NCBI GenBank assembly: GCA_963701095.1
Contig: OY969564.1
Coordinates: forward strand, 832,001 to 896,000
DNA length: 64,000 bases
From: an uncultured Methanoregulaceae archaeon
GTDB taxonomy: Archaea; Halobacteriota; Methanomicrobia; Methanomicrobiales; Methanospirillaceae
Reading direction: 5' to 3'
In this document: piece after piece, positions 39,522 through 51,648 of the stretch
Position numbering within the stretch: the first letter of the stretch is position 1
How the letters are laid out: each line of letters begins with the position of its first letter
Program-made: the position numbers and the translations under genes
Notes under the pieces: generated by a model
The model's database searches: none
What the model was told of the DNA's origin: nothing
What the model saw: the letters and a program-made list of their open reading frames with translations, nothing else

Positions 39522-41372
39522 TCACTGCTGTACTGAAGCCTCGCCAATCTTCTGGATTAACGCCTCAAGAACGACGCTTCGCATCCCTTCCACAAACTTG
39601 ATACTGCCCACAACAAGATGTCCGCCGCCGGAGATGCCACCACCGGGGATCTCGTTGTGCAACTCACGGACCATGCGGGGGATATTCATATGCACGCCCC
39701 GGGAACGAAGTACTGCAAAGTCCGGACCAAAACCTATGGTAACAACCGGTTTTCCTGCATTCTGCTTGCAGAGACGGTCATGGACCTCCCCTGATGTTTT
39801 CCCGGGAGGCGGGAACGTAAACTTGTGGGCGTGGATCTCCACATCGATCAGGAAGAGTTTTGCCTCGTTTGGAAGGACACGGGGAACGACATGGGGCATA
39901 CAGGCATTCATCTGGTCTTCGATCATTGCATTTGCACCATCTACCAGGAGGCCCACCAGTTTCTGATGGCGTTCATGGTTCCCGACAAGGTCAAGGATAT
40001 CTTTGACAATCTCACGGCCATCGTTGAAACGGAGCCAGAACTGTTCATAGTCAAGGGCAAGGGCTATGTCCTTGCATGCCTGCTCGGAATAGTGGTCACT
40101 GGCAAGTGCGAGATAAGAGCCCCGTTCAGGTGCTTCGCTCCGGTCACCAACACCGGCAACCGCCGGCAGATGCCGGATGAGGGATTCGACCCGGGGATTG
40201 ATCAGCCGAGCAACTTCGGTGCCGAGCATCCCGGCAGTAACCCCGAAATCGCCGCCTACGTGGTAGGGGTTTACATGCCCTACCAGGTATTTGTCGATGG
40301 TGGCGTCCGGGTGGTGGTGATCGATGACGACAAAGGGAATATCGTAGACGCTTGCAATCTTATACGAGGCCTCGTCCTCTTCGGTCGAACCGTTGTCGGT
40401 CAGAATCACCAGAGGCATCTTCTGGCCGAACCGGGCATGGTCCTTGAGTGCGAAATCCAGGTCCCGGGTGATATCTTCAATCTCGTAAAACGGTGCTTTC
40501 GACGGAGCACGCTTAAAGAGATAATAATCTGCGTCAAAATCACCTCCCGATTCGCGGATAAGCGAGACAACTGCCTGTTCAATAGCAACCGCCGAGCAGA
40601 TTCCGTCAGCGTCGGCATGGTGACGGAGAATGATGGGTTGTGCAGTAAAAACCGCTTTCCTGATGATCTTTGCGACCTTGCGCATCTCGGGCATCAGGTT
40701 GTCGAGGACATCGCTTTTCACCATCGGCCTGATGTTCTCGGGTTCAGCACGTGCATCGAGCGCTTTTTCTATCCGTGCCCTGACAATCTCCTCCTCAGCT
40801 CCAGCAAGGGCCGTGACTGCATCGGCTTCGATCTGGAGCTGGTTGTTGCGCATCATGACTTCGCCAATGACTTTGACGATCATGTTGAGTTCAACTTCAG
40901 GAAATGCCCGGACACCGGCTTCCACGAACGCAGCGACATTCTGGGTCCCTGATTCGTCGACAATAGTAAAGATGGTCGGACCGCTGGTCTGCTTGATCTG
41001 GGCGACTTCTCCTTCAATAGCTACCGTTTTTCCCTGTTTCGCCGCGAGATCAGCAATCCTGACCGTGGTGGATGTACGCTCGACCTGCTGAACCTGGTAG
41101 ACTTGGATGAGCTGCTCTTCGAGATCGATGTTCCCGTTAGGCCGTATCTGCCTGACCCGCACAAGGACATTGTCTTTTTCTTTATGATCGGCCTTGACAC
41201 TTGTTTTGTGCACAAGTCCTTTTATCCGGTCGTTTAACTGGACAAACATCCCGAATGTAGCAAACCCCTGGACTTTTCCAAGGTAGGTTTTTCCTTCCTC
41301 TATATCGGACAGGTCGCATCCTGCAGACAGCCGGTAAATCATAGTATCTTCTTGCATCTTCTCACTCCACAC
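39522..41372 (-). CDS. RecJ-like DHH phosphoesterase with S1/OB domains
   Basis: HHADADG, DNGST, IDHH, GGGH and an N-terminal S1 (FGMFVQL..GLVH). Confidence 0.9.
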   Translation of the reverse strand: MWSEKMQEDTMIYRLSAGCDLSDIEEGKTYLGKVQGFATFGMFVQLNDRIKGLVHKTSVKADHKEKDNVLVRVRQIRPNGNIDLEEQLIQVYQVQQVERTSTTVRIADLAAKQGKTVAIEGEVAQIKQTSGPTIFTIVDESGTQNVAAFVEAGVRAFPEVELNMIVKVIGEVMMRNNQLQIEADAVTALAGAEEEIVRARIEKALDARAEPENIRPMVKSDVLDNLMPEMRKVAKIIRKAVFTAQPIILRHHADADGICSAVAIEQAVVSLIRESGGDFDADYYLFKRAPSKAPFYEIEDITRDLDFALKDHARFGQKMPLVILTDNGSTEEDEASYKIASVYDIPFVVIDHHHPDATIDKYLVGHVNPYHVGGDFGVTAGMLGTEVARLINPRVESLIRHLPAVAGVGDRSEAPERGSYLALASDHYSEQACKDIALALDYEQFWLRFNDGREIVKDILDLVGNHERHQKLVGLLVDGANAMIEDQMNACMPHVVPRVLPNEAKLFLIDVEIHAHKFTFPPPGKTSGEVHDRLCKQNAGKPVVTIGFGPDFAVLRSRGVHMNIPRMVRELHNEIPGGGISGGGHLVVGSIKFVEGMRSVVLEALIQKIGEASVQQ

Positions 41373-41570
41373 GCGATTGCGAAACGAAACGATATTGTAT
41401 GCGGCTTATGATCGTATTTTCTATCGTTCAACGTTATCCGGCACGAAACATACATGCCAGCGTGTACAAAGAATAGTCACCGGAGGATTATGTTAGTTGT
41501 CATGCCCGCAAAAAAGATGTCGAGATGATCTAAGAAAAACAATTCTGAACTTATTGTGCTGTTGGCCGGA

Positions 41571-42507
41571 TCATTCCCGGTAGGTAATCTCCAGCATGAA
41601 CAGGTCATCCGGAATGACTATGGTTCCGGAAAATGCGGTTTTTGCGTCCTGTAAATGACTGGCGGTATCGGTATACCGGGAGCTGATATGAGTCAGGGCT
41701 AGTGTCCGGGCATGAGCCGCTTCTGCTGCCTGGCCGGCCTGCAAAGCGGTCGCATGGTAAAATTCTGTTGCCCGTTTTTTCTCGCTCTCATCATAGGTTG
41801 CATCATGGATGAGCAGATCGGCATCTTTAGCATAGCTGAGGAGCGCCGGGATTACCGGCCGTGTGTCACCGGTATACACAATCTTCCGGCCTGGACGAGG
41901 TGCCCCCATCACATCTGTCGGTTGCACTTCCACGTCCTGCCCGTCTTTTTTTACCCGGATCGTTTCGCCCCTCTGGAGCCGGCCAAAGAGAGGGCCGGGA
42001 GGGATACCCAGGTCTATTGCATGTTCCCGGTCAAACCGTCCCGGCCGGGTCTTCTTCCAGAACGTACCCGAGTGCCGGCAGACCATGGCTTACCGCAAAT
42101 GCGGTTATGGTATACCCGTCAAAACGGACCCACGACCCTTCAGTAAGCTCCACCGAATCAAGGGTAAACTTGAGATTGAACCGGGCGATCTTTTTTACGA
42201 TCTCAACAAAATCGTGGACCCATGTGGGGCCATAGATAACGAGAGGTTCCGTGCGGCCGTTAAAAGACATGGTCTGGACCAGACCGAAAATCCCCAGAAA
42301 ATGATCCGCATGCCAGTGAGAAACAAAAATGGCATCGACGGTAAAACCGCACCGTGACCGCATCATCTGCTGTTGTGCGCCTTCCCCGCAGTCTAACAGG
42401 ATGGTATCAGTTCCCCGCCGGATCATGATACAGGGAGGGTTTCGCACCGGAGTCGGAAGCGCTCCTGCAGTCCCGAGGAAATAGACCTGAAGTGTTTCGC
42501 CGCTCAT
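41571..42507 (-). CDS. rnz: Ribonuclease Z; apparent frameshift near 42050
   Basis: FLGT, DCGEG, SHWHADH, PPGP exosite, YTGDT, HDAT, THISSRY. Confidence 0.95.
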
Positions 42508-43277
42508 AGGAAAAACTCCGTAAAGACAGAAAGGCTTTTCTTTGCTTCTTCGATGGAACGGCCTTCGATTACGATCACGCCATTGTACCTGGCAGCGATC
42601 CCCCTTCCTACACTCTTCCAGTCAATCGTCCCGGCCCCAAGAGGGAGATGCTCATCGGAAACCCCGTGGTTGTCATGGATATGGATATGGTTTGCCAACC
42701 CGACATTTTCAAGGAATTCAGGCACCTTGCCAACAGTGTTGGCATGCCCGAAATCGAACGTAAGCCCGATCCCTTCAATTCCCCCGGCCATACCCATGAG
42801 TTCTCCGGCATCCCGGCACAGGAATTCTTTCTGGCTGATCATGTTTTCCAGGCAGGCAAGAACCCCATACTCCACAGCGCATTTTCCGATCCGGCGCAGC
42901 GCTTCTTTCTGGAGTTCCCAGACTTTCTGAGGCAGGAGTTTACTGGCCGGGGCCATATACCCCGGGTGTATCGTAACACGATCCGTAAGGTCGCCTGCAT
43001 GCTCAATGCACACTTCAATCTGCCGGATAGATTCCCGCCAGATAGGATCGTTCAGGGTTGCGAGGTTAAGATCCCCGTACGGAGCGTGTACGGTTATCCC
43101 AAGCCCGGTGCTTGCGATTACTTCACGTATTTTTTCGAGGTTTCCCGGCTGTTCGAGCCGATAATTGCCATCCGCGACAATTTCCCATCCCGCATACCCG
43201 GCCTCCTCGATACCGTATACCCACTGGATATTATCCCAGACTTTTGCCGACGAAGAAAAATAGGGGCTAAGGTTCAT
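42504..43277 (-). CDS. Sugar phosphate isomerase/epimerase family
   Basis: HAP, HPG, LENM, FDFGHA, HIHDN. Confidence 0.85.
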   Translation of the reverse strand: MNLSPYFSSSAKVWDNIQWVYGIEEAGYAGWEIVADGNYRLEQPGNLEKIREVIASTGLGITVHAPYGDLNLATLNDPIWRESIRQIEVCIEHAGDLTDRVTIHPGYMAPASKLLPQKVWELQKEALRRIGKCAVEYGVLACLENMISQKEFLCRDAGELMGMAGGIEGIGLTFDFGHANTVGKVPEFLENVGLANHIHIHDNHGVSDEHLPLGAGTIDWKSVGRGIAARYNGVIVIEGRSIEEAKKSLSVFTEFFL

Positions 43278-43822
43278 GCACCGCGCTCCATGCCCCGTAT
43301 CAGTTCAGTAACCCGGGCGGTGAACTCTTCAAGAGTACCGTTGTTGTTGATCCTGATATCAGCCATTTTCAGCGCATGTCCAAGACCCCATCCGAGCTCT
43401 CGCTTGTCCCGGGTCAAAAGCCCTTCTGCAGATCCCACATCATCGCTGCGCTTTCTCTCGCGCAGGCGTTCCAGCCGTTTGGGAAATGAGGTTTCAATAG
43501 CAACAAGGTGAAAACCCGGGAACTGTTTCCGGAAAACCCTGACTTCCGCATCGCCCCGGATACCGTCTACCAGAACCAGCGGGGCATTTCGTTCCTTAAT
43601 TGCATCAACACACAGGTATGCTATAGCGTCCATACCGCGTTCGGCACGCAGCCGGTTTGCCATGGCGCCAAGGTTTTCGTCAGTCGGGGGAAGGCCTGCT
43701 TTTTTTACGGCATTTCGTATTACGTCACCCATGACAACGACCGGGATCCCAATCCCTTCTGCTATTTTTGAGAACTCTCCTTTACCGCTTGCGGGAAGCC
43801 CGACAACGCCGATCGCTTTCAT
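43274..43822 (-). CDS. P-loop nucleotide kinase (UPF0200/dephospho-CoA kinase-like)
   Basis: GLPASGKG, MGDVIR, VDGIR, RDKREL.WG. Confidence 0.8.
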   Translation of the reverse strand: MKAIGVVGLPASGKGEFSKIAEGIGIPVVVMGDVIRNAVKKAGLPPTDENLGAMANRLRAERGMDAIAYLCVDAIKERNAPLVLVDGIRGDAEVRVFRKQFPGFHLVAIETSFPKRLERLRERKRSDDVGSAEGLLTRDKRELGWGLGHALKMADIRINNNGTLEEFTARVTELIRGMERGA

Positions 43823-44637
43823 AGAAGATACTTCCGGGTATAGGTCATCTCGCCAATATCGCGGGTCCGGATCCGGACATCCCGTTTCAGCCCGTCTGCA
43901 ATTTTCTGGATTTCTGCTAACGTCATAGGTGTGTACTGCTTAATGGTATTCCATTTTTGAGTTTGTGTGATATAAGAAGAGGTATTGGTGACCCCTCCCT
44001 TGAGCATCGGCATTTTGTGCTCACCCTGCTGGAGGACGAGCGGGATATCCCCGATTGTTTTTGAAATCTCCTGTAAGTATTTCACATTCTCATAAAATAC
44101 GGTTACTACAACTTCGAGTTCAGGAAGGATCTTTTCCCGGTACGCTTTTCCTGCGATTTCTATCGATCGTAAAACATTCATCCGGTAATTCGAAAGGGAC
44201 GGTTCACTGCCGTTCACCACGCAGGAATACCCCTCCCATTGCGTCTTATAATCGATCGCGATCTTGTCTATTACTCGTTCATTTACGAGCGTTTCGATCG
44301 TATCAGGAAAAATACCATTTGTCTGGATACCAGTGGCAAGACCGAGACTTTTTGCCGCACGGGCGAGCGCAAGGAGCGGATCCTTCTGCATCGTGGGCTC
44401 TCCTCCGGAAAATATAACGCCGCTCACCGCCAGTTTCGAACTTTTGATAAGCGAGATAATTTCGTCAATCCTTCGAAAATCCTCCCCATCAAAAATCGAC
44501 GAGTTCTGGCAGTACGAACACCGAAGAGGGCAGCCCCGGAAAAAAACCGTGCATACAGATCTCCCCCGCCAGTCTACGGTAGAAAGCGGGATAAACCCAC
44601 CAAAATTCACCCTGATACCATCACCGTTAGGGATCAT
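43819..44637 (-). CDS. Anaerobic ribonucleotide reductase activating-like radical SAM protein
   Basis: STVDW, GCPLRCSYCQN, SGGEPT. Confidence 0.85.
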   Translation of the reverse strand: MIPNGDGIRVNFGGFIPLSTVDWRGRSVCTVFFRGCPLRCSYCQNSSIFDGEDFRRIDEIISLIKSSKLAVSGVIFSGGEPTMQKDPLLALARAAKSLGLATGIQTNGIFPDTIETLVNERVIDKIAIDYKTQWEGYSCVVNGSEPSLSNYRMNVLRSIEIAGKAYREKILPELEVVVTVFYENVKYLQEISKTIGDIPLVLQQGEHKMPMLKGGVTNTSSYITQTQKWNTIKQYTPMTLAEIQKIADGLKRDVRIRTRDIGEMTYTRKYLL

Positions 44638-45236
44638 TTTGAGACGGGATTATATAGTATTCGTGGTCTTTGTTCCTGCACGTGAATAATACCGGACTCT
44701 GTCAGGATCCTGTCCATCCTGATGTCGGTAGCTTCCCCGGGAACTTCCGGCATTTCCTGACAGGCAAACGCTACGCCAATTGTTTTTACATGGGGATGGG
44801 AGGCAAGGAACCGGTCATAATACCCTGCACCGTACCCAAGCCGGTTGCCCTGACGATCAAAAGCAAGAAGCGGGATAATCGCAATCCCGATTTCATCCGG
44901 TCGTGCCGGGATTTCGCAGCCGACCGGTTCCGGGACGCAGAATGTACTCTCTACAAGCACGGAAGGGTCCTCAAGGTACAAAAGCCGGAGGCTTGTAGTC
45001 TCGCGCTCTATGACAGGAACAATAACCCGGGTCCCGCGGACAAGAAGACGCGAAACTAGCAGTTCCGTGTCGACTTCAGGTGGCTTTGCGATATATACCA
45101 TGACAGGTCCGGTACCGTCAAGGAGGGAAAGTAACGCAGCACAGATGCAGCTGCTTTTTTCTGCCCGTTCCTGCGGGGTCAGTGCCAGGCGCCGCTGTTT
45201 TACTTCGGCACGTATTTCCTGCTTGGTCTTTGCCAT
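44634..45236 (-). CDS. 5-formyltetrahydrofolate cyclo-ligase
   Basis: PLLAFDRQGNRLGYGAGYYDRFL. Confidence 0.9.
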   Translation of the reverse strand: MAKTKQEIRAEVKQRRLALTPQERAEKSSCICAALLSLLDGTGPVMVYIAKPPEVDTELLVSRLLVRGTRVIVPVIERETTSLRLLYLEDPSVLVESTFCVPEPVGCEIPARPDEIGIAIIPLLAFDRQGNRLGYGAGYYDRFLASHPHVKTIGVAFACQEMPEVPGEATDIRMDRILTESGIIHVQEQRPRILYNPVSK

Positions 45237-45343
45237 TTCTTTAGTCCCGTACCTCGTACCGTTTGTATAGAACCCCGGATCGCATAATCCTGCCTGCGTA
45301 TCGGTTTAAAATGTACCGGGATAAAAAGAGGGGAGAAGATAGG

Positions 45344-46622
45344 TCAGAACTTAAAATACCGGTTGACGATCTTAATGGCACAGAAGTCACCGCACATCGT
45401 GCACCCGTCAGTGTCGGCCGGCATGCGTTCTGACCGGATCTGCTGTGCCCGTGCCGGGTTCATGGCAACAGCAAACTGGCGATTCCAGTCAAGATCGCGC
45501 CTGGCATGGCCCATTTCAAGGTCTGCTGCCCGGGTCTTCTTGAGCTTGACCATATCGCCGACATGCGCAGCGATCCGCGAACTCATGACACCCTCGTATA
45601 CCTCTGCTGGTGTGGGAAGGGCAAGGTGTTCGGCAGGTGTGACGTAGCAAATGAAATCGGCGCCCAAGGAGGAAGAAATTGCGGCACCGATAGCGGCGAC
45701 CCGGTCATCATACCCCGGTGCAATGTCAGTCACGATCGGCCCAAGCATATAGAATGGCTTGTTATTGGTGACCCGTTTCATGAGCTGGACGTTGGTTGCG
45801 ATCTCGTCAATCGGCACATGGCCGGGACCTTCGACGATGACCTGCACGTCTTTTGCATGTGCCTTATCTGCGAGTTCAGCGTTGATGAGCAGTTCCTGGA
45901 TCCCGGCCCGGTCGGTCGCATCGTGGATTGCTCCAGCACGCATGCCGTTACCCATAGAGAGCGTGACTTCATGCTCCTTCATGATTTCCAGGAGATAATC
46001 GAATTCTGAATAAAGGGGGTTCTCTTTCTCGTTATGGAGCATCCACGCCGTCATGAATGCCCCGCCCCGGGAAACAAGCCCCGCATGCCGGCCCTGGTTC
46101 CTCAGTCGCTTGACAGTCTCCCAGTTGATACCGGTATGGATCGCCATGAAATTCAGTACCAAGTTTTGCCTGTTCTGCCGTGATGCGGAAGAGGTCGTCC
46201 TCTTTCATATGAATGACAGCGCCGTCCTTTTTGACAGCTTCGATAAATGCCTGGTAAAGAGGAACGCTCCCGACAGAAAGAGTGGTATTGGCAATAATCT
46301 GTTTTCGTATCTCGGCAAAGTCCCCACCGGTCGAAAGTTCCATCAGGGTATCGGCACCGGCCAATTCGGCCTGCCGCGCTTTCTCGATTTCTTCAGGAAT
46401 ATTGACAATATCGGTAGAAGTCCCGATCGAGGCATTCACCTTGGTGCGCAGACCTTCCCCGATACCGCATATTTTGACTTTCCGGTACGGTGAGACCGGG
46501 ATCACAATGTGGCCTTCAGCAACGCTGCGCCGGACAAAATCTTCGGTGACTCCTTCTTGTGCTGCGACCATCTTCATTTCATCTGTTACGATGCCGCGTT
46601 TGGCATCAGCAATAATACTCAT
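45344..46622 (-). CDS. thiC: Phosphomethylpyrimidine synthase; apparent frameshift near 46157
   Basis: [32 protein letters not shown]. Confidence 0.92.
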
Positions 46623-46837
46623 ACCTTAGCAGTACCGCAAAGGAACAAAATAAAGGCTCGTTTTTACATTTCTGGACTAAATCTGGCTTGTTATGGAAAC
46701 AAGTAAACTTGCGTTTAGAAAAATAAGGCGTTGTTACTGTCAGGAAACACACCGGGATCTCTCACGGACTGCCACGACGGGTATTTTTATAGGCAGCCAC
46801 GCTAAACCAAAGGAATGAAAAGCGTTTTGGGGCTTTC

Positions 46838-49254
46838 ATGGCAGAGACAGATTTTTTTGAGGTAACCGTCAAAGAGGCAGCACATAACGATGCCGGTCGC
46901 GGTATCGCACGGCTCAGCGTCGATGTGATGAAGAAACTGGGGCTTGTATCCGGGGACGTCATAGAGATTGTGGGTAAACGAAATGCTGCAGCAATTGTCT
47001 GGCCGGGAACTGCTGAGGACATCGGTTTTGGCATCCTTCGGATCGACGGGAGCATCAGGACAAACGCAAGTGCCGGAATCGACGAGAAAGTGAAGATCCG
47101 GAAATCAGAGGCCGTGTATGCCACAAAGGTGGTCATCCAGCCGGCCCAGCAGACCCGGCTTGTCGGAGGGGAGCAGTACCTTTCCCGAGTCCTTCGGGAC
47201 GCTCAGTCGTCGAAGGCCAGACGCTGCGTGTCGATATCATCGGTAACTCGGTCACGTTCGTTATTGTCCGCGTATCTCCGCGTGCCATCGCCATTGTCTC
47301 TGACGATACGCAGATCGAACTCAAGGAAGAACCATTCAACCCCGATGAGGGGAAACGGGAGATCTCCACGATCCAGTACGAGGATATCGGCGGCCTCGAG
47401 CGTAAGCTCCAGCTTGTCCGGGAAATGATCGAACTTCCGTTGCGCCACCCGGAGATCTTCGAGAAGCTGGGGATCAAACCGCCCAAAGGAGTCCTGTTCT
47501 ACGGTCCTCCGGGGACCGGAAAGACCCTTATCGCAAAAGCGGTCGCAAATGAGGTCGATGCTCATTTCATCACGCTTTCAGGTCCCGAGATCATGAGCAA
47601 ATTTTACGGGGACAGCGAAAAGGCCCTGCGTGACAAATTCCATAATGCCGAGGAGAATGCACCATCTATCATATTTATCGACGAGATCGACGCTATCGCT
47701 CCGAAACGTGAGGATGTACAAGGCGAGGTGGAACGCCGGATCGTGGCACAGCTGCTCGCGCTCATGGACGGTCTAGCCGGACGGGGTCAGGTAATTGTCA
47801 TTGCGGCAACGAATCTCCCCAATTCCATTGACCCGGCACTGCGCCGGGGAGGACGCTTCGACCGCGAGATCGAGATTGGCATTCCTGACAAGAGGGGAAG
47901 GCTTGAGATCTTCCAGGTGCATACCCGGGGAGTGCCGCTTGCAAAAGACGTGGATATCGCGGCCCTTGCAGAGACGACCTTTGGATTTGTCGGTGCCGAT
48001 ATCGCACTTCTGGTAAAAGAGGCGGCGATGAACGCTATCCGAAAGATCATTCCTCTTATCGATATCAACAAAGAGATCCCAAACGAGGTAATCGATCAGC
48101 TCAGGCTTACCAAGGTCGACTTCGATGCAGCCAGAAAAGTGGTCCAGCCAAGTGCACTCCGCGAGGTCCTAATCGAAGTGCCGGACGTTTCGTGGGACGA
48201 TATCGCGGGACTCGATGAGACAAAAGACACCCTTATCAAGATCATCGAAGGAAGGCTGCATTATCCCCGCATCTTTGAAAAACTGGATTACAAACCCCCA
48301 AAAGGGATCCTCCTTTTTGGCCCCCCGGGGACGGGAAAGACCTTACTTGCGAAAGGCATCGCGAGCAAACGCCAGCTCAACTTTATCTCCATAAAAGGGC
48401 CCGAGCTGCTCTCAAAAGGGGTTGGCGACTCCGAAAAGCATGTGAGGGAAGCGTTCCGGAAAGCACGGCAGTCGGCACCCTGCATCATCTTCTTTGACGA
48501 GATCGACGCCCTCTTCCCCAAGAGGGGGACAGTCAATGATTCCACACATGTCACCGAGAGCGTCTTAAGCCAGTTTCTGACCGAACTGGACGGCGTAGAA
48601 GAACTTAAAGAAGTCTTTGTCATCGGAGCGACAAACCGCCCTGACCTGCTTGACCCGGCCCTTTTACGCCCGGGCAGGCTTGAAAAACACCTGTACATTT
48701 CCCCGCCGGACGAAGAAGCCAGGAAAGCAATTCTTGCGACATACCTCAAGGGTCTTGATGGCATCCTCAGTCCGGATGTGAGTATAGACGAACTCGCAGC
48801 AACCACCCGGTTCTTTGTCGGCGCTGATCTCGAAGCGGTAGTTCGGGAGACAAAGGCTGCAGTCATCGACGAGTTGACCGGGAAGCATAGTGCCGGGGAG
48901 GCAGATGCTATGTCACTTGATAATGTCAGGATCACCCGCCGGCATTTTCAGACTGCACTGGAAAAAGTCAAAGGAACGCTCGACGGCGCAGAATTCGAAC
49001 GGTCCGAGCAGAAGTCCTGGGACCTTTTGTATGCGAAAGGAAAGCGTGAGATACTGTACCAGGCAGTGAACATGGTAAACCAGGTCGAGTACCTGAACGG
49101 GAAAAATGCAGTGGAAGTAGGAATTGTGCAACGTGCTGAAGAGTTAAGAAACCTCATTTACTGGCAGCGGCGATCGTTCGATACGATTCGTGACCGTACT
49201 GCAGAACTCCGGCAGGCACTTGAGGCATTGGTCAGGAAGAACACAGCAGCCTGA
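46838..49254 (+). CDS. cdc48: CDC48/VCP family AAA ATPase; apparent frameshift near 47197
   Basis: N-domain DAGRGIARL and two AAA modules (GPPGTGKT twice, RFDREI). Confidence 0.92.
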
Positions 49255-49334
49255 TCGGTATTTTTTTAATGAACTTATTTTTTTAAATCCGCCCTGAAAG
49301 ATTGATATATATCCTTTTTGAGCAGGACGGTTAC

Positions 49335-49802
49335 CTACGATGGAAGGTGGGAAAGATCGACACTCCACGTCGTTTCAAACGGAATCGGGGAAGTACCCTG
49401 GTATTTGACGTCGAGTGTTGATCCCTGGGTAAGATGTTCAAGCTCTCCGGGAGGGATATAGATGGTTCCTTTCTGGGTTGATTTGTAATTAGGGGAGATC
49501 TGGCTAAAAAAGATAGCCGCGCCGGGAAAAGATTGCCCCACGGGATCATTGAATGTAGGGTAAACTGACAGGGTCATCCCCTTTGTCCCCGTATTTACCA
49601 CCGTTATCGTCACGATTATGGTCTGGTTATTCTGTATCTGTATATCATTAATTCCTGAAGTAAATGCATAATCATTACTCGCAAATTGTGCCTGCTGGTT
49701 AAGAGTGAGCGGCGGTTGTGTCGATGCAGAAGAAGGTACCCCGGCACATCCTGCTACGATTACGAGCGCAATGAGGATGGGGAGAAGGCACAGTGGTTTC
49801 AT
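49335..49802 (-). CDS. Hypothetical lipoprotein
   Basis: MKP..VAGC signal and an Ig-like domain. Confidence 0.7.
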   Translation of the reverse strand: MKPLCLLPILIALVIVAGCAGVPSSASTQPPLTLNQQAQFASNDYAFTSGINDIQIQNNQTIIVTITVVNTGTKGMTLSVYPTFNDPVGQSFPGAAIFFSQISPNYKSTQKGTIYIPPGELEHLTQGSTLDVKYQGTSPIPFETTWSVDLSHLPS

Positions 49803-49881
49803 AGTGAACAACTGGTTCGTTTTATTATATAGACCATAGTACGGAGGTTGTTTTCAGATGTAAATAATCCACATAATGGTT

Positions 49882-50025
49882 TTAGGCATGGGGTTTACGT
49901 CTTCTGAACCAAACGCACATGAGGGCTATAATGACGACAACGATGATAACAAATATGATGTACTGCATCACGACCGGATCCGTTTCCGTAGCAGTCCCGG
50001 CGGCGTTCGTATATATCTCAACCAT
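49882..50025 (-). CDS. Possible 47-aa single-TM protein
   Basis: MVEIYTNAAG..YIIFVIIVVVIIALMCVWFRRRKPHA (TM plus basic tail). Confidence 0.5.
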   Translation of the reverse strand: MVEIYTNAAGTATETDPVVMQYIIFVIIVVVIIALMCVWFRRRKPHA

Positions 50026-50169
50026 TTTTATCAGGATATAATATTGTTAAATATAACTTTAACTTTTTTATTTTGATTAATTATTTACTCAACAAAAACT
50101 TCCGAAAACAGATAAATGCATTACAATAAGAGCGAAAGGGATACAAGTCCGTCTCTCAAAGAGTAGTGG

Positions 50170-50340
50170 ATGAAAAACCCACGCCAGATGATTTTTCTTA
50201 CGATAATATCCTGGGTTGGATTGATATGGGCGGCATTTCTTCTTATCGATAACACCGACTGGTTCTTTCCCGGCATCTCATTGATCGGTCTTATTCTTGC
50301 CTGTAATCTTCTCGGGATTTTTCTCTGGTTGAAAAGCTAG
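50170..50340 (+). CDS. Possible 56-aa 2-TM protein
   Basis: MKNPRQMIFLTIISWVGLIWAAFLL..LGIFLWLKS. Confidence 0.5.
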   Translation: MKNPRQMIFLTIISWVGLIWAAFLLIDNTDWFFPGISLIGLILACNLLGIFLWLKS

Positions 50341-50531
50341 GATTCATTCCTGATGCAATATTAACAATTGGCACAGTTAAACCAATAATTATTTATCATA
50401 AATGGGGGAAGGATTATTCTTGGGGGATACTCTCCCGTCTGCTGACACGTTCGGGGAGCCCCCCAATGAAATTATTTCGTTGAATTATCTATAACCATTC
50501 CGAAATTTTCTTTGAATACTCCTCTTTTCAG

Positions 50532-50960
50532 TCAGAACCGTTTTTTTCTGTTCTGAGCCCCCATTTTTTCTACATTGAACCAGCCGTCGAGGCTGTAACT
50601 GAGTTCGAGCAGATGTACGATGCGCCTGTTTACATCATCTCGTTCCTTTTGGTTTTTCATCGTTTTTGCTTTTACATAAATCCCATAAAGCGCTATTATA
50701 ACGTCATCTGGTAATGTTTTAAGCCGTTCTTCAAAATGATCGATAAACATATGTTTAGACCAGGAATCTTCAAAATCCAGAGAATCGGGCTTTATATGTT
50801 CTATAAACGGCAGTTTATACTCGTTGATTAAATGATTACGCATATAGGTAATCTCAGACCGGCTGGTAAACAGTCGCCGGATGGATTTGTTAAGTTTTTC
50901 AAAGAGAGAAGGCTCACCGAATAGTTCGGAGAGAAATTGAGCCTCTTCATGCCCTTCCAT
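50532..50960 (-). CDS. Hypothetical protein
   Basis: 142-aa ORF with no recognised motif. Confidence 0.55.
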   Translation of the reverse strand: MEGHEEAQFLSELFGEPSLFEKLNKSIRRLFTSRSEITYMRNHLINEYKLPFIEHIKPDSLDFEDSWSKHMFIDHFEERLKTLPDDVIIALYGIYVKAKTMKNQKERDDVNRRIVHLLELSYSLDGWFNVEKMGAQNRKKRF

Positions 50961-51034
50961 GTATTGTTGTTGGATTTTTATCCATAACAGTTTTCAGGAA
51001 GGGGACTTTTTATCCCGGGGAAAAGGTAACAGGG

Positions 51035-51412
51035 TTACCTAACTTGACTTTCTGCAATTCCTCCAACGATCGGAACAAGGAATTTCTCACCTGAATATGC
51101 TTTGTACATCAGGACCACCCAGAGAATAAACATAACAATCACAATCAACCATCCGATAAGGCCAAGGATCCCCCAAATACCTACTGCTGCATACGAATCG
51201 CCCCCTACAAACAGCCACCAGACAACAGACGTTAGAAGATAATAAAGGATCGTCAGGGGGAGGAAGGTTAACACCGACTGCATGGCATGGAATCTAACCG
51301 TTTTGTTATCTTTCTCAACCAGCAGGAAAATGATCCCGGTTACCCATGTAAGTACATAACACGCGGCAGACGCCACGTTCTCGTCAAGCCCAAATGTTGC
51401 CTTAACTGCCAT
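51035..51412 (-). CDS. DUF4870/Tic20-like membrane protein
   Basis: GLDENVASAACY..EKDNKTVRFHAMQS..KAYSGE.F..P. Confidence 0.85.
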   Translation of the reverse strand: MAVKATFGLDENVASAACYVLTWVTGIIFLLVEKDNKTVRFHAMQSVLTFLPLTILYYLLTSVVWWLFVGGDSYAAVGIWGILGLIGWLIVIVMFILWVVLMYKAYSGEKFLVPIVGGIAESQVR

Positions 51413-51648
51413 ATCTTCACTCCAATCGATGAATGAGGAACAATGGTAATTAAAAAGGTTTGGGGACATTATAAAATTTGAAAATAATGAACCGGGATAT
51501 TGCATGCAGTGGGAGCGGGATCTCTTTTACCCAAACAGTATGAGAAACTTATGTTAGTATACACTAAGAATATAATTTCGTCAGAACCAAAAAACCATTA
51601 AATATATGAGTATACCAACAAAAGACCGTCAATGAGGGTGAAACAGAC

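Noticed and set aside
46622..46838. TPP riboswitch upstream of thiC
   Set aside because: No recognisable TPP aptamer core (CTGAGA..) in the intergenic region.
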